Below, one piece after another: positions 16,503 through 26,100 of a stretch of DNA of 33,324 nt; the stretch's first letter is position 1; every line of letters starts with the position of its first letter. Source of the stretch: Candidatus Omnitrophota bacterium (lineage in GTDB: Bacteria > Omnitrophota > Omnitrophia > Omnitrophales > Aquincolibacteriaceae); NCBI GenBank assembly GCA_043803685.1, contig JAZDJU010000086.1, positions 1 through 33,324 on the forward strand, given 5' to 3'. Under the pieces are notes generated by a model. That model did not search any database, had not been told where the DNA came from, and saw nothing but the letters and a program-made list of their open reading frames with translations. Position numbers and translations under genes: made by a program.

Positions 16503-19500
16503 TATTTATTCCCTCTCCGGGTCACCGTCTTGCCGTAATCGCAGCGAAGACAGCGCTTGGCCTGACGCTGAGCCACGTTCTCGTTCCATGAGAGCTCAAC
16601 TTCATCAAAATTGTGTTTCCGTTTCTCGACCGGGATCGACCGCACCGCCTCACGCGGGTACGGTACGGGATCCACATCGGGATCAAAATCCGTATCCACT
16701 TCCTTTTCCTCGCGCCAGAAAGCATGATCTTCGCCCGTCAAAAACTGGTCGATCCCGACGGCCGCTCTTTCGCCGGCGCCGATCGCCGCGACCACGGACC
16801 ACGGTCCTGAGGCCGCGTCCCCGCCCGCAAAGATCCCCGGGACCGAAGTCTTTCCCGTCACAGAATCCGCGTGAACGAATTTATTCTGCGTCATCTTGAT
16901 CTCAGCATCCTTCAATTCAAAAAGTCTTCCAGCCTGAAGGGTCTGACCGATCGCACCGATCACCTGGTCCGCTTCCAGCGTAAATTGATCCGCCCCGTCC
17001 GCGGTCGGAGAACGCCGGCCGCTACGATCATAGTCCCCGAGCTTCATGGTCATGCATTTCACGCCGCTGACCTTCCCCTGAGAGTTCTTCAATATTTCCA
17101 CGGGATGCGTGAGCGGCATCAGCTTGATCCCTTCATAGATCGATTCGCGCACCTCTTCGGCATAAGCCGGCATTTCTTCCTGGCTCCGGCGGTAAAGCAC
17201 GGTCACAGACTCTGCTCCCAGGCGGAGCGCGGTCCGGGCGGCATCGATCGCCGCGTTCCCGCCGCCCACCACGACCACTTTTTTGCCTACCGGCACGGAT
17301 CCCCGGATGTTGTATTCCCTTAGGAACGGAAGGGCCATCACGACCCCGTCCGCGTCTTCGCCCATGATCCCGAGCCCGAAAGATTCCGGCGCCCCGATCC
17401 CGATAAAGATCGCGTCATATTTCTTGTCGCGCAGTTCCTGCAACGTAAAATCCTTCCCAAGCCGTTTGTTCGTCTCGATCGTGACTCCCAGTTGTTCGAT
17501 CATGCGTATCTCCCGCGCGAGAGTTTCACGCGGCAACCGGTAAGCCGGGATGGTTTGCACCAGCATCCCGCCCGGTCGCGGTTCCGCTTCAAGCACCGTG
17601 GGCCGGTAGCCGAGCCTTGCCAGGAAATAAGCGCAGGAAAGCCCCGCGGGCCCCGCTCCCACAATGACGATCCTCTTCGCGGCATTCTGTTCATTATGGC
17701 GGACCTCAGGAACCTGGATCACCACTTCCTGATCGACCATAAAACGTTTGACGCCGCGGATCGAAACCGAATCATCAAGGGTCGCCCGACGGCATTTATC
17801 TTCACAAGTATGAAAGCAAACACGAGCGCAAACCGCGGCGAAAGGATTCCGTTCCCGGTGGAGCTTGAGCGCCTCCGCGTAACGTTTCTCCCCCACGAGC
17901 GACACAAAACCCGGGACATCGACCCCTGCGGGACACGCAGTTTGACACGAGGCCCGGACCAACGACGGACAAACACCGGCTTCGCAATGCCGCTCGCGGA
18001 TATGCTGATCGTATTCTTTCCGGAAATGACGGATCGTTGAGAGCACAGGATTCGGCGCCGTTTGACCGAGGCCGCAAAGAGAAGTCTCTTTGATCTGCAA
18101 TCCCAGCCGGATCAATTTTTCGACATCACCTTCCACACCTTGGCCCGCGCAGATGCGCTCCAGGATCTCGAGCATGCGCTTCGTCCCCACGCGACACGGA
18201 ACGCATTTACCGCAGGACTCGTCCTGCACAAAATCCAGAAAGAACCTCGCGACGTCCACCATGCAGGAATCTTCGTCCATGACAATGAGGCCGCCAGAGC
18301 CCATGATCGCGCCGAGCTCTTCCAACGTCTTATAGTCGAGCGCGACATTCAAAAATTCCTTGGGGATACATCCTCCCGAGGGACCGCCGATCTGAGCCGC
18401 CTTGTATTTCTTGCCGCCTTTGATCCCGCCGCCGATATCATAAATAAGTTCTCCAAGCGGCGTCCCGATCGGAACTTCCACAAGGCCCGTATTCTTGATG
18501 GCTCCCGCTAGCGCAAAAACCTTGGTTCCCTTACTCGGCGCTGTCCCCATGGTCGCGTACCATTCCGCTCCCTTGGTGAGGATGACAGGAATATTCGCGT
18601 AGGTCTCGACATTATTGAGAAGACTGGGTTTACCCCAGAGCCCGCTCTGCGCCGGGAAAGGCGGACGAGGACGCGGTTCTCCGCGCTTGCCTTCGATAGA
18701 GTTCATCAGCGCTGTTTCTTCCCCGCATACAAAAGCGCCGGATCCCATCCGGATCTCAAGATCAAAGCTGAATCCAGTCCCGAGAATGTTCTCTCCCAAA
18801 AGCCCGGCTTCCTTGGCATGTTCGATCGCTTTGGTAAGTCGTGCGACCGCAAGCGGATACTCCGCGCGCACGTACACAAATCCACGAGACGAACCCACGG
18901 CATAAGCCGCGACGACCATCCCCTCGATCACACTGTGCGGATCGCCTTCGAGAACGCTCCGGTCCATGAACGCGCCCGGATCGCCTTCGTCGGCGTTACA
19001 GATCACATACTTCACGTCGCCTTGGGCTTTGCGCGTAAATTCCCATTTCATCCCGGTCGAAAATCCCGCGCCGCCACGACCGCGCAGTCCGGACTTTTTC
19101 ACCTGATCGATCACCTCTTCCGGCTTCATGGACGTCAGGATCTTCGCAAGGGCCTGATATCCGTCCCGGGCGATATAATCCCCGATCTTGAGAGGATCGA
19201 TCGCGCCGCAATTCCGCAGGACGATCTTCGTCTGCTTCTGGAAAAAATCCATCTGAGCCTGTTTCGGGACCGGCTTATTGCTCTTGGCATCCCGGGGCAT
19301 CAACCGCTCGACCGGCTTCCCCTTCCGGAGATGTTCATTCACAATGTCCGCGGCATCTTCAGGCTTGAGATCTTCATAGAAGGTCTGGTCAGGGTCCACC
19401 ACGATCACGGGGCCCTGCGCGCAGGGGCCCAGGCACCCGGTTTCGACGACCTCGACATCAAGTTTCTCTTCCCGGATCTTGTCTTCCAGGGCCTTTTTGA

Positions 19501-19648
19501 GCCGGAGCGACCCGGAAGCGATACATCCGGCGCCGGCGCAAAGAAGGATCTTCTTTTTAGAGGCGTTCTTCTTTTTTTCGGCGAGGACGTCTTTTCTGAA
19601 GTTTTCGAGATCCTTGGCGGACCCGAACTTGCAGGGAGACCCGGTCAT
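16502..19648 (-). CDS. HydB/NuoF-like subunit fused to an NfnB/GltD-like FAD/NADP(H) oxidoreductase (1048 aa)
   Basis: Thioredoxin-like CAGAGC/GCLGPC; NuoF core NADEGDPGAFMDR, GGPSGG, ESCGKCVPC; then CQTACP...VCARVC...CEDKC, VGAGPAG, VGGGNAAIDAAR...YRRS, FAGGD and terminal RCLRCD. Confidence 0.92.
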   Translation of the reverse strand: MTGSPCKFGSAKDLENFRKDVLAEKKKNASKKKILLCAGAGCIASGSLRLKKALEDKIREEKLDVEVVETGCLGPCAQGPVIVVDPDQTFYEDLKPEDAADIVNEHLRKGKPVERLMPRDAKSNKPVPKQAQMDFFQKQTKIVLRNCGAIDPLKIGDYIARDGYQALAKILTSMKPEEVIDQVKKSGLRGRGGAGFSTGMKWEFTRKAQGDVKYVICNADEGDPGAFMDRSVLEGDPHSVIEGMVVAAYAVGSSRGFVYVRAEYPLAVARLTKAIEHAKEAGLLGENILGTGFSFDLEIRMGSGAFVCGEETALMNSIEGKRGEPRPRPPFPAQSGLWGKPSLLNNVETYANIPVILTKGAEWYATMGTAPSKGTKVFALAGAIKNTGLVEVPIGTPLGELIYDIGGGIKGGKKYKAAQIGGPSGGCIPKEFLNVALDYKTLEELGAIMGSGGLIVMDEDSCMVDVARFFLDFVQDESCGKCVPCRVGTKRMLEILERICAGQGVEGDVEKLIRLGLQIKETSLCGLGQTAPNPVLSTIRHFRKEYDQHIRERHCEAGVCPSLVRASCQTACPAGVDVPGFVSLVGEKRYAEALKLHRERNPFAAVCARVCFHTCEDKCRRATLDDSVSIRGVKRFMVDQEVVIQVPEVRHNEQNAAKRIVIVGAGPAGLSCAYFLARLGYRPTVLEAEPRPGGMLVQTIPAYRLPRETLAREIRMIEQLGVTIETNKRLGKDFTLQELRDKKYDAIFIGIGAPESFGLGIMGEDADGVVMALPFLREYNIRGSVPVGKKVVVVGGGNAAIDAARTALRLGAESVTVLYRRSQEEMPAYAEEVRESIYEGIKLMPLTHPVEILKNSQGKVSGVKCMTMKLGDYDRSGRRSPTADGADQFTLEADQVIGAIGQTLQAGRLFELKDAEIKMTQNKFVHADSVTGKTSVPGIFAGGDAASGPWSVVAAIGAGERAAVGIDQFLTGEDHAFWREEKEVDTDFDPDVDPVPYPREAVRSIPVEKRKHNFDEVELSWNENVAQRQAKRCLRCDYGKTVTRRGNK

Positions 19649-20220
19649 GACTTGGCCTCCTTCACATCTTCGCCTTCATTTTGGTACTGACTGATGATGT
19701 CGCGGATCCTGGCGGACTTCACGCGTTGGTGCACATCGTCATTGACCATGGCGACAGGCGCCAGGCCGCACGCGCCAAAGCACCGCCCCACTTCAAGAGA
19801 AAACATCCGGTCCGGTGTCGTTTCTCCCACATTGATCTTGAGATTCTTTTTGAAAGCTTCGAGGACTTCCTTGCCGCCTCGAACATAGCAGGCCGTTCCA
19901 AGACACACGCGCACAATGTTTTTGCCGCGGGGCACGGTTGAGAAAAAAGAATAGAAAGACACCACCCCGGTCACTTCGCTGTAAGGGATCTTGAGCCGGA
20001 GACTGATGTGCTTGAGAACACAGGAAGGAAGATAACCGAAAAGATTCTGGGCTGTCTGCAGGATCGGGATCAGCGCGCCATCGGTCTTGGCAAAACCGTC
20101 GATCACCGCGTCAAGACTGCGGAGCATTTCCTCATCGGTCGGCTGACAACTGCATCCCGTGGAAGGCTGCTTCGGATCCTGGGTTTTCGTTTCTGGATTA
20201 TTCAACAATTCGCCTGTCAA
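19645..20220 (-). CDS. hydC: NuoE-like [2Fe-2S] subunit (HydC); start codon uncertain (TTG)
   Basis: LIPILQTAQ..FGYLP, VVSFY, VCLGTACYVRG, RCFGACGLAP. Alternative TTG starts at ~20205-20208. Confidence 0.9.
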   Translation of the reverse strand: MTGELLNNPETKTQDPKQPSTGCSCQPTDEEMLRSLDAVIDGFAKTDGALIPILQTAQNLFGYLPSCVLKHISLRLKIPYSEVTGVVSFYSFFSTVPRGKNIVRVCLGTACYVRGGKEVLEAFKKNLKINVGETTPDRMFSLEVGRCFGACGLAPVAMVNDDVHQRVKSARIRDIISQYQNEGEDVKEAKS

Positions 20221-20229
20221 AATATAAAA

Positions 20230-20247
20230 TTGTGAAATAAAGAACGA
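20230..20247. promoter_or_regulatory. Putative Rex operator 2 (TTGTGAAATAAAGAACGA)
   Basis: Perfect TTGTGAA half-site plus the same GAACGA second half as operator 1; 10 nt downstream of the predicted -10 box. Confidence 0.7.
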
Positions 20248-20257
20248 TTGGGAGGAT

Positions 20258-20285
20258 ATCCTAATGTTTTTTTTGAGAATGTCAA
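20258..20285 (-). promoter_or_regulatory. Sigma70-type promoter of the trimeric hydrogenase operon
   Basis: TTGACA-N16-TAGGAT in an AT-rich intergenic region. Confidence 0.6.
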
Positions 20286-20329
20286 TTCTTCCGGCACATT
20301 TTTTTTACAAAAATACAAAAATGTAGTGT

Positions 20330-21724
20330 TTATTTCTTCAGCTGAAGGGCTTCATGGATCGCGTGAGCCGCTTTCTTCCCCGCACCCATGGCAAGAATGA
20401 CCGTGGCCGCGCCGGTGACAATGTCGCCACCGGCATACACGCCATCTTTTGAGGTCTTCATGGTCGCTTCATCCACGATGATCCCTCCCCATTTCTGGAC
20501 TTCAAGACCCGGCGTGGTCTGGCGGATCAAGGGATTCGGAGTTCCACCAATAGCGATGATGACCGTTTCAACAGGAAATTGGAAATTGCTTCCTTTTTTC
20601 ACGACGGGCCTGCGGCGACCGGACTCATCCGGCTCCCCAAGCTCCATCTCCACACATTCCATCCCCGTGACCCAACCATCCTTACCCAGGATCTTGACCG
20701 GATTGCGAAGGAGCTGAAAAATGATCCCCTCTTCCTTCGCGTGATGGATTTCCTCCGCGCGAGCCGGAAGCTCGGCTTCACTCCGCCGATAGACAATGTA
20801 AACCTCTTCAGCCCCGAGACGCTTGGCGGTCCGCGCAGCATCCATCGCCACATTGCCGCCACCGACCACCGCGACCCGCTTCCCGATCTTGACCGGTGTG
20901 GGAACATTCGGAAAATCATAAGCCTTCATAAGATTCGCGCGCGTCAGAAATTCGTTCGCAGAATAAACGCCGTTTAAATTCTCGCCTTCGATCTTCATAA
21001 AGGAAGGTAGCCCAGCCCCGCATCCGATAAACACGGCCTTGAATCCTTCCTGGAAAAGCTCATCCACCGTGATCGACTTCCCAATGATCACGTTCTTCTC
21101 GATCTTGACGCCGAGGTTCAGCGCATTCTCTATTTCTTTCGCCACAAGCTTTTTGGGCAACCGGAACTCCGGGATCCCGTACATCAAAACACCCCCGAGA
21201 GCGTGAAGCGCCTCAAAGATCGTCACTTCATAACCCATCCGCGCGAGTTCTCCGGCGCAGGTCAGTCCAGCCGGCCCGCCTCCCGCAATCGCGACCTTGA
21301 TCCCGTTCTTTTGGATCACAGGGATCTCCGGCGCCATATGCTCCATCGCATGGTCCGCCGCAAAACGTTCCAGGCGACCGATCGCCACCGGCTCCCCCTT
21401 TTTGCCGCGCACGCAAAGGGCTTCGCACTGCGTTTCCTGAGGACACACACGCCCGCAAACCGCCGGCAGACAATTCTCGCTAGCAAGAACCCGGAAAGCC
21501 TCGTCCAGATCATCCTCGGCTATTTTCTTGATAAACTCGGGGATCTTCACATTGACGGGACAACCGGCCACACAGGGACGCGTTTTACATTGAAGACAGC
21601 GAAGGGCTTCTTCTTTGGCTTGTTCCAACGTATACCCGAGCGCAACTTCCCTGAAATTCCTGATCCGTTCTTCAGGCTTCTGCTCCGGGATCGGAACTTT
21701 TTTGGGACTCATGTTAGGCGCCAT
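20330..21724 (-). CDS. nfnB: NfnB/SudA large subunit (often annotated as homotetrameric glutamate synthase)
   Basis: ERIRNFREVALGY..EALRCLQC...CVAGCP, VCGRVCPQETQCE..C, GGGPAG, YGIPEFRLP, VGGGNVAMDAAR..YRRS, GAATVILAMGAG; directly downstream of nfnA. Confidence 0.9.
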   Translation of the reverse strand: MAPNMSPKKVPIPEQKPEERIRNFREVALGYTLEQAKEEALRCLQCKTRPCVAGCPVNVKIPEFIKKIAEDDLDEAFRVLASENCLPAVCGRVCPQETQCEALCVRGKKGEPVAIGRLERFAADHAMEHMAPEIPVIQKNGIKVAIAGGGPAGLTCAGELARMGYEVTIFEALHALGGVLMYGIPEFRLPKKLVAKEIENALNLGVKIEKNVIIGKSITVDELFQEGFKAVFIGCGAGLPSFMKIEGENLNGVYSANEFLTRANLMKAYDFPNVPTPVKIGKRVAVVGGGNVAMDAARTAKRLGAEEVYIVYRRSEAELPARAEEIHHAKEEGIIFQLLRNPVKILGKDGWVTGMECVEMELGEPDESGRRRPVVKKGSNFQFPVETVIIAIGGTPNPLIRQTTPGLEVQKWGGIIVDEATMKTSKDGVYAGGDIVTGAATVILAMGAGKKAAHAIHEALQLKK

Positions 21725-21762
21725 GATTCTCCTTAAGTAAAAATTTACTTGCTCCAGTTACC

Positions 21763-21833
21763 TCCCCCTTTAGTAAAGGGGGACTGAGGGGGATTTAAAA
21801 ATCTCCCCTTGCCCCTCTTTTCCAAAGATGGGA
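21763..21833. repeat. Pair of inverted REP-like palindromic units between nfnA and nfnB
   Basis: TCCCCCTTTAGTAAAGGGGGACTGAGGGGGATTT followed by a degenerate reverse complement, AAATCTCCCCTTGCCCCTCTTTTCCAAAGATGGGA. Confidence 0.7.
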
Positions 21834-21839
21834 ATACTC

Positions 21840-22673
21840 CTAAACGCTCTTCAGCCCGATCTTGCAGGAATGGGCTTCTTCGGTTTTATACATGCTTTGC
21901 CGGCGCATCAACTCGTCATAGTCCACCTGATGGCCGTCAAAATCCGGACCGTCGACGCAGGCGAACTTGGTCTGTCCGCCAACCGTCACGCGGCAACCTC
22001 CGCACATGCCGGTCCCGTCGACCATAATGGGATTAAGGGAGACATTGGTCTTGAGGCCCCACGGCTTGGTGAGAAGGCTCACGAACTTCATCATGATCAC
22101 GGGCCCGATGGCGATGACCTCGTCATATTTTTCGCCCTGTTCCACAAGCTGCTTGAGTTTCTCTGTCACAAGGCCTTTGACTCCGGCGCTTCCGTCGTCA
22201 GTCGTCACGTAAACGTTCTTGCAGAATTGGGAGAATTTCTCTTCGAGGATAATGAGGTCTTTGTTCCGGGCGCCGAGGATCACATCGACCGAGGTCCCCA
22301 TGTCGTGCAATTTCTTGAGCTGGGGGAAAAGAGGCGCCGCGCCTACGCCACCACCGATCCCGATCACACGCTTGACGGGATGAAGCACGGTGGGTTGACC
22401 GAGCGGCCCCACAAAATCCGAAAGACCTTCGCCCACTTTTTTTTCGCTGAGCTTTTGCGTCGTGAAACCCGCCACCTGAAAAATAATGGAGACCGTCCCA
22501 CGCGCGCGGTCATATTCCGCGATCGTAAGAGGAATACGCTCTCCTTCTTCATCCACACGCAGAATAATGAACTGGCCCGGTTCGCAGTGCCGCGCGACAT
22601 ACGGCGCCAGAACCACCATTTCTTCCACGTTATTGTTCAGCTTTTTCTTTTCAAGAATGGGATACACAACCAC
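21840..22673 (-). CDS. nfnA: NfnA/SudB small subunit (FAD, NAD(H), [2Fe-2S])
   Basis: PGQFIILR...GERIPLTI, GPLG, GGGVG.AP, TDDGS, IGP..MMK, SLNPIMVDGTGMCGGCRV...ACVDGP. Confidence 0.92.
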   Translation of the reverse strand: MVVYPILEKKKLNNNVEEMVVLAPYVARHCEPGQFIILRVDEEGERIPLTIAEYDRARGTVSIIFQVAGFTTQKLSEKKVGEGLSDFVGPLGQPTVLHPVKRVIGIGGGVGAAPLFPQLKKLHDMGTSVDVILGARNKDLIILEEKFSQFCKNVYVTTDDGSAGVKGLVTEKLKQLVEQGEKYDEVIAIGPVIMMKFVSLLTKPWGLKTNVSLNPIMVDGTGMCGGCRVTVGGQTKFACVDGPDFDGHQVDYDELMRRQSMYKTEEAHSCKIGLKSV

Positions 22674-22763
22674 TTCCTTTCCCTGAACAGAGTGCCTGAG
22701 CGACGAAGAACGGAGTATATAGGAATGACAACGCCTTGAAAATTGTTTTTGAGAAATCCTTCG

Positions 22764-23126
22764 CTACATCAATATAACTTCATCCTCCGAACTCCAGGCA
22801 GGATCGACGATGCAGAAGAACACCAGATCGGTCTTGCCGGCGCTTTCGATCCACTGCACCGCCTTAGGCGGAATATCGATCACATCGCCGGGCCCGACCT
22901 CCGCGGTCTCCTGATCGATATGCATGAGCCCCTTCCCTTCGAGAATGTAATAAACTTCGGAGGTTTTGAGCGAGTGAGGCTTGGTCTTCGTACCGGATTT
23001 CACGACGGCATGCGCGAGGCTGTAGCGGTAGGCGCGTTTGTCAGTCCTGGCGTTCAAAAGTTCACGTAAATGGCAGGCATCCCCCGCGATAAATTCCGGG
23101 CAATCTTTCAATTGGCGAATGAACAT
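22764..23126 (-). CDS. Cupin domain protein
   Basis: SLAHA.V..G..T.PH....EVYYILEGKG.M.I.....VGPGD...IPP...Q.I cupin pattern; ATG 23126 with SD AAGGAG. Confidence 0.88.
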   Translation of the reverse strand: MFIRQLKDCPEFIAGDACHLRELLNARTDKRAYRYSLAHAVVKSGTKTKPHSLKTSEVYYILEGKGLMHIDQETAEVGPGDVIDIPPKAVQWIESAGKTDLVFFCIVDPAWSSEDEVILM

Positions 23127-23179
23127 AGAAATACGCACTCCTTATTTTAGGTTGAAACCGCACCGGGGAACGGCCGGAA

Positions 23180-26100
23180 TTATACCACGGCAGGCTGAGA
23201 ATCGGACGAGGCCGGAGCTAAAGGCTTTTCGCCATCGCTCCCATCCGATTCTTTTTCTTTTTCAGGATCTTCATCAACACTCACTTCAAAGGTCGTCCCA
23301 CGAACGCCTGTGTAAGAGGTCGGCGTCTTCACCTCGAATTTTGAATTCCCCTTGAGCTTCTCCACTTTTACAAGGATTTTCCCGAGCGCGAGATCGATCA
23401 AGGTCGTCCTGTCCCCGGTCTTGGGGTCCACATCAGCCTTATTGATCCTGAAGAGGGTCCCTTCCCTGACCTCGATCTGACCGATCTTTCCGTCATCGAG
23501 CAATACTTCCGCTGAACTTCCCTTCAAGGTCTTCACTTCATCCCCGGGCAGGATCACCATTCCATCCTGTGCCGACACCCATTTCCCGCTCCGGCTCTTT
23601 ACAAAAACTTCCTTTCCGGGATTCCTGAGCGTTCCATACCACTGACCTTCTTTCGTCTGGCTCATCACGACTGGAGAAACAACTTTCTTTTCCCGCATCG
23701 CAGGAGCAGGCGTCGCCTCCGGCTCAACAGTCTCGCTTGCGCCACGGCATGAGCTCCGGGTATCCCCCTCGCGACAAGGACCTGTGTCTTCCTGAGTTTT
23801 GATCGCGGGTTTCTTCCGTTGGTAAGGCACTCTGACAAAATTCCCGATCTCTAAAAGAGAGATCCTGTTAGCGCCATCCACGACGTACACCGCGCCCTCG
23901 ATCACCCGGACATTCGTTCGCAAACGACCGGCGGTGTTGGGATCAAAATAAATATTGAACGCCTCGTTCCACGACCCGCTCGTGCCGGAGCCCTGCTCGT
24001 CACCCGCTGCTCCGCCTGTCGACTCGCCGGTTGTTGTCTCACCTTCCGTTGACGACGGACTCGTGGACGAAGAAGCCGGAGAAGATTCAGGAGAAGATTC
24101 AGATGTTGAAGCCGGCGTTTCAGAAGGCTGTGTCGTCGGCCCGGGGATCGTGATCGTTTCTCCAAGATCCGAAGGCAACGTCGGCATCGTCATATCTCCG
24201 ATCCCGGGGTCTTGGGTCGTAAAAGGATTAATGTTGAGTTGATTCAGGTCCTGCTCCGTAACATTGGGAGTCTCGGGTGCAGAAGGCGGCAGTTCGGTCG
24301 AGGTGATGACGCCTGTGTTATTGACCACATACGTGTAGCTGTAATTATTCCCGCTATTCCCATCGGTCGCAACGCCAGAAGGCGTCAGCGTCTTTCCCGT
24401 TCCGACGGCGGCAGTATCAAAAGTCTGCGACCAGGTCGCGGTGTCTAAACCCTGGAGCGCGCCACTCGTCAGAGTCGGCACGCCTGCGGAGCTTGTCGAA
24501 GCATCATAAGGCTTCGTATCGGTCACGGCGGTCACCGTAAGAGGGCGAGCGGTGATATCCGCAGTAGCGGATGCCGTGGTCACTCCATTCAGCGTGAACT
24601 TGGCCGCGTCGGCACCCGTGAGCGAAATGCCAGTCACGCTGATAGCCTTCCCCGTCCCGACATTCTTGCCGGCATCAAACGTGGCGGTGTAACTCCCAGA
24701 AAGCGAAACCGTATAAGCGGTAAAGATATTCTGGATCGAAAGATTGACTGTCGCAGCGTCGGTCGCATCATAGACTTTGTTGTTCCCCGTCGCGCTCGCC
24801 GTCAGCAACACCTGAGCCGTGCCGCTGATCGTTCCGGTGTTCGCGATCGTTGTCGTGGCAGGGTTCACAGTCTTGATGCCGTTATTACTCACCGTGAGGT
24901 TGTAATAATTGAGAGCCGCGACGGTCTGCGCGCCACTGCCGTTGTAATTAACTGTCGTGGAGTTTGATGTCGCGTCCACCGTCAATCCGCCTGTCGTAAA
25001 CGTGTTCGCCACTCCCGTCGTCCCCGCTGCCAGCGTCTTTGTCCCCGAGCCCGAGAATGTTAAGTTGTAGTAACTGACCGCAGCAATCGTCTGGCTTGCG
25101 CCGTTGAAGATTACAGAGGAGAAACCACAATAAAATTGAGTAGCCCTCAACCAGTTGCCAGCAATGTAGATAGTGGGTGTACCGGTGGCATCTAAAATAC
25201 CACCATCCACGGAAGCATAAGTTAAACCGCCCGTTCCGATCGTAAGTGCGTTGTCGTGCGTGGTCAACCTTCCAAATGGTGTGATGCTCAACCCATCGCA
25301 GGTAAGCGCTGAAAGCATATTCAGATTGGATGAAGAAACTACTGCGGTGCCGATATTCTGGATGCCTGCCGTTGAGTCGGTGTAATTCTGTGTCGCACCC
25401 CCGTCAAAGGTGATTGTCCCGCCCTTGGTGTAGGTCGTGCCGGCGTCTAGCTGAAAGTTGCCCGCGTAGTTCTGATTCAAAGAGTTGGCGTTGAAACTGC
25501 CCGATTGCAGTCTGAAATTGCCGTTCACATCAAGGTTATTTGTTAAGAGACTGATCGAACCGGTGATCGTTAGATTATTGAGGGCCTGGCTGGCATTGAG
25601 AGTCTTAGCAGCTCCTGACATCGTCAGTGTGGAGCCGGTGTTCGTCCATGCGCTTGTGATCACGACATTGCCTGAGGCATTGATACTCGGAGTCCCGGAG
25701 CAAGTGAACGTGCCGCCGGTGTGCGAGAAGTCCCGGGTATTCAGCGTCCCAGCCAAAGTGTGCGTCCCCAAAGAATGCGCGTAATCCTGTACTGTGATAG
25801 TGCCTGAACCATGCGTGACGGTCATATCGGCATCATTCAGGGTCATGTTGTAACCTGCCCCGCTTAACGTACCGCCGTTGATATTCAAAACTGCCGCAGA
25901 TGTCGGCGCCGGCGAAAAGTCAGCCCCCAACGTCCAGGTCTTGCCATTCAGATCCAATGTTCCAGCCGTAAAGCTGAGAACTCCGCCCGCCGACTGAGTA
26001 ACGTTATTTGATAGTTGCACTGAGGTCCCCGTATTATTAATGGTCGCATTGTAAAAATCGCCTCCGCGGGTATAGATTGTTTGCGTGCCTGTGGCGCCAT

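Noticed and set aside
9269..19690. Long + strand ORFs (e.g. 11062-12642, 14838-16013, 10004-11005)
   Set aside because: All are antisense to well-supported hydrogenase genes and have no recognisable motifs.
20330..21724. Glutamate synthase small subunit
   Set aside because: No gltB nearby, and it is paired with an nfnA-type gene, so NfnB is the better call.
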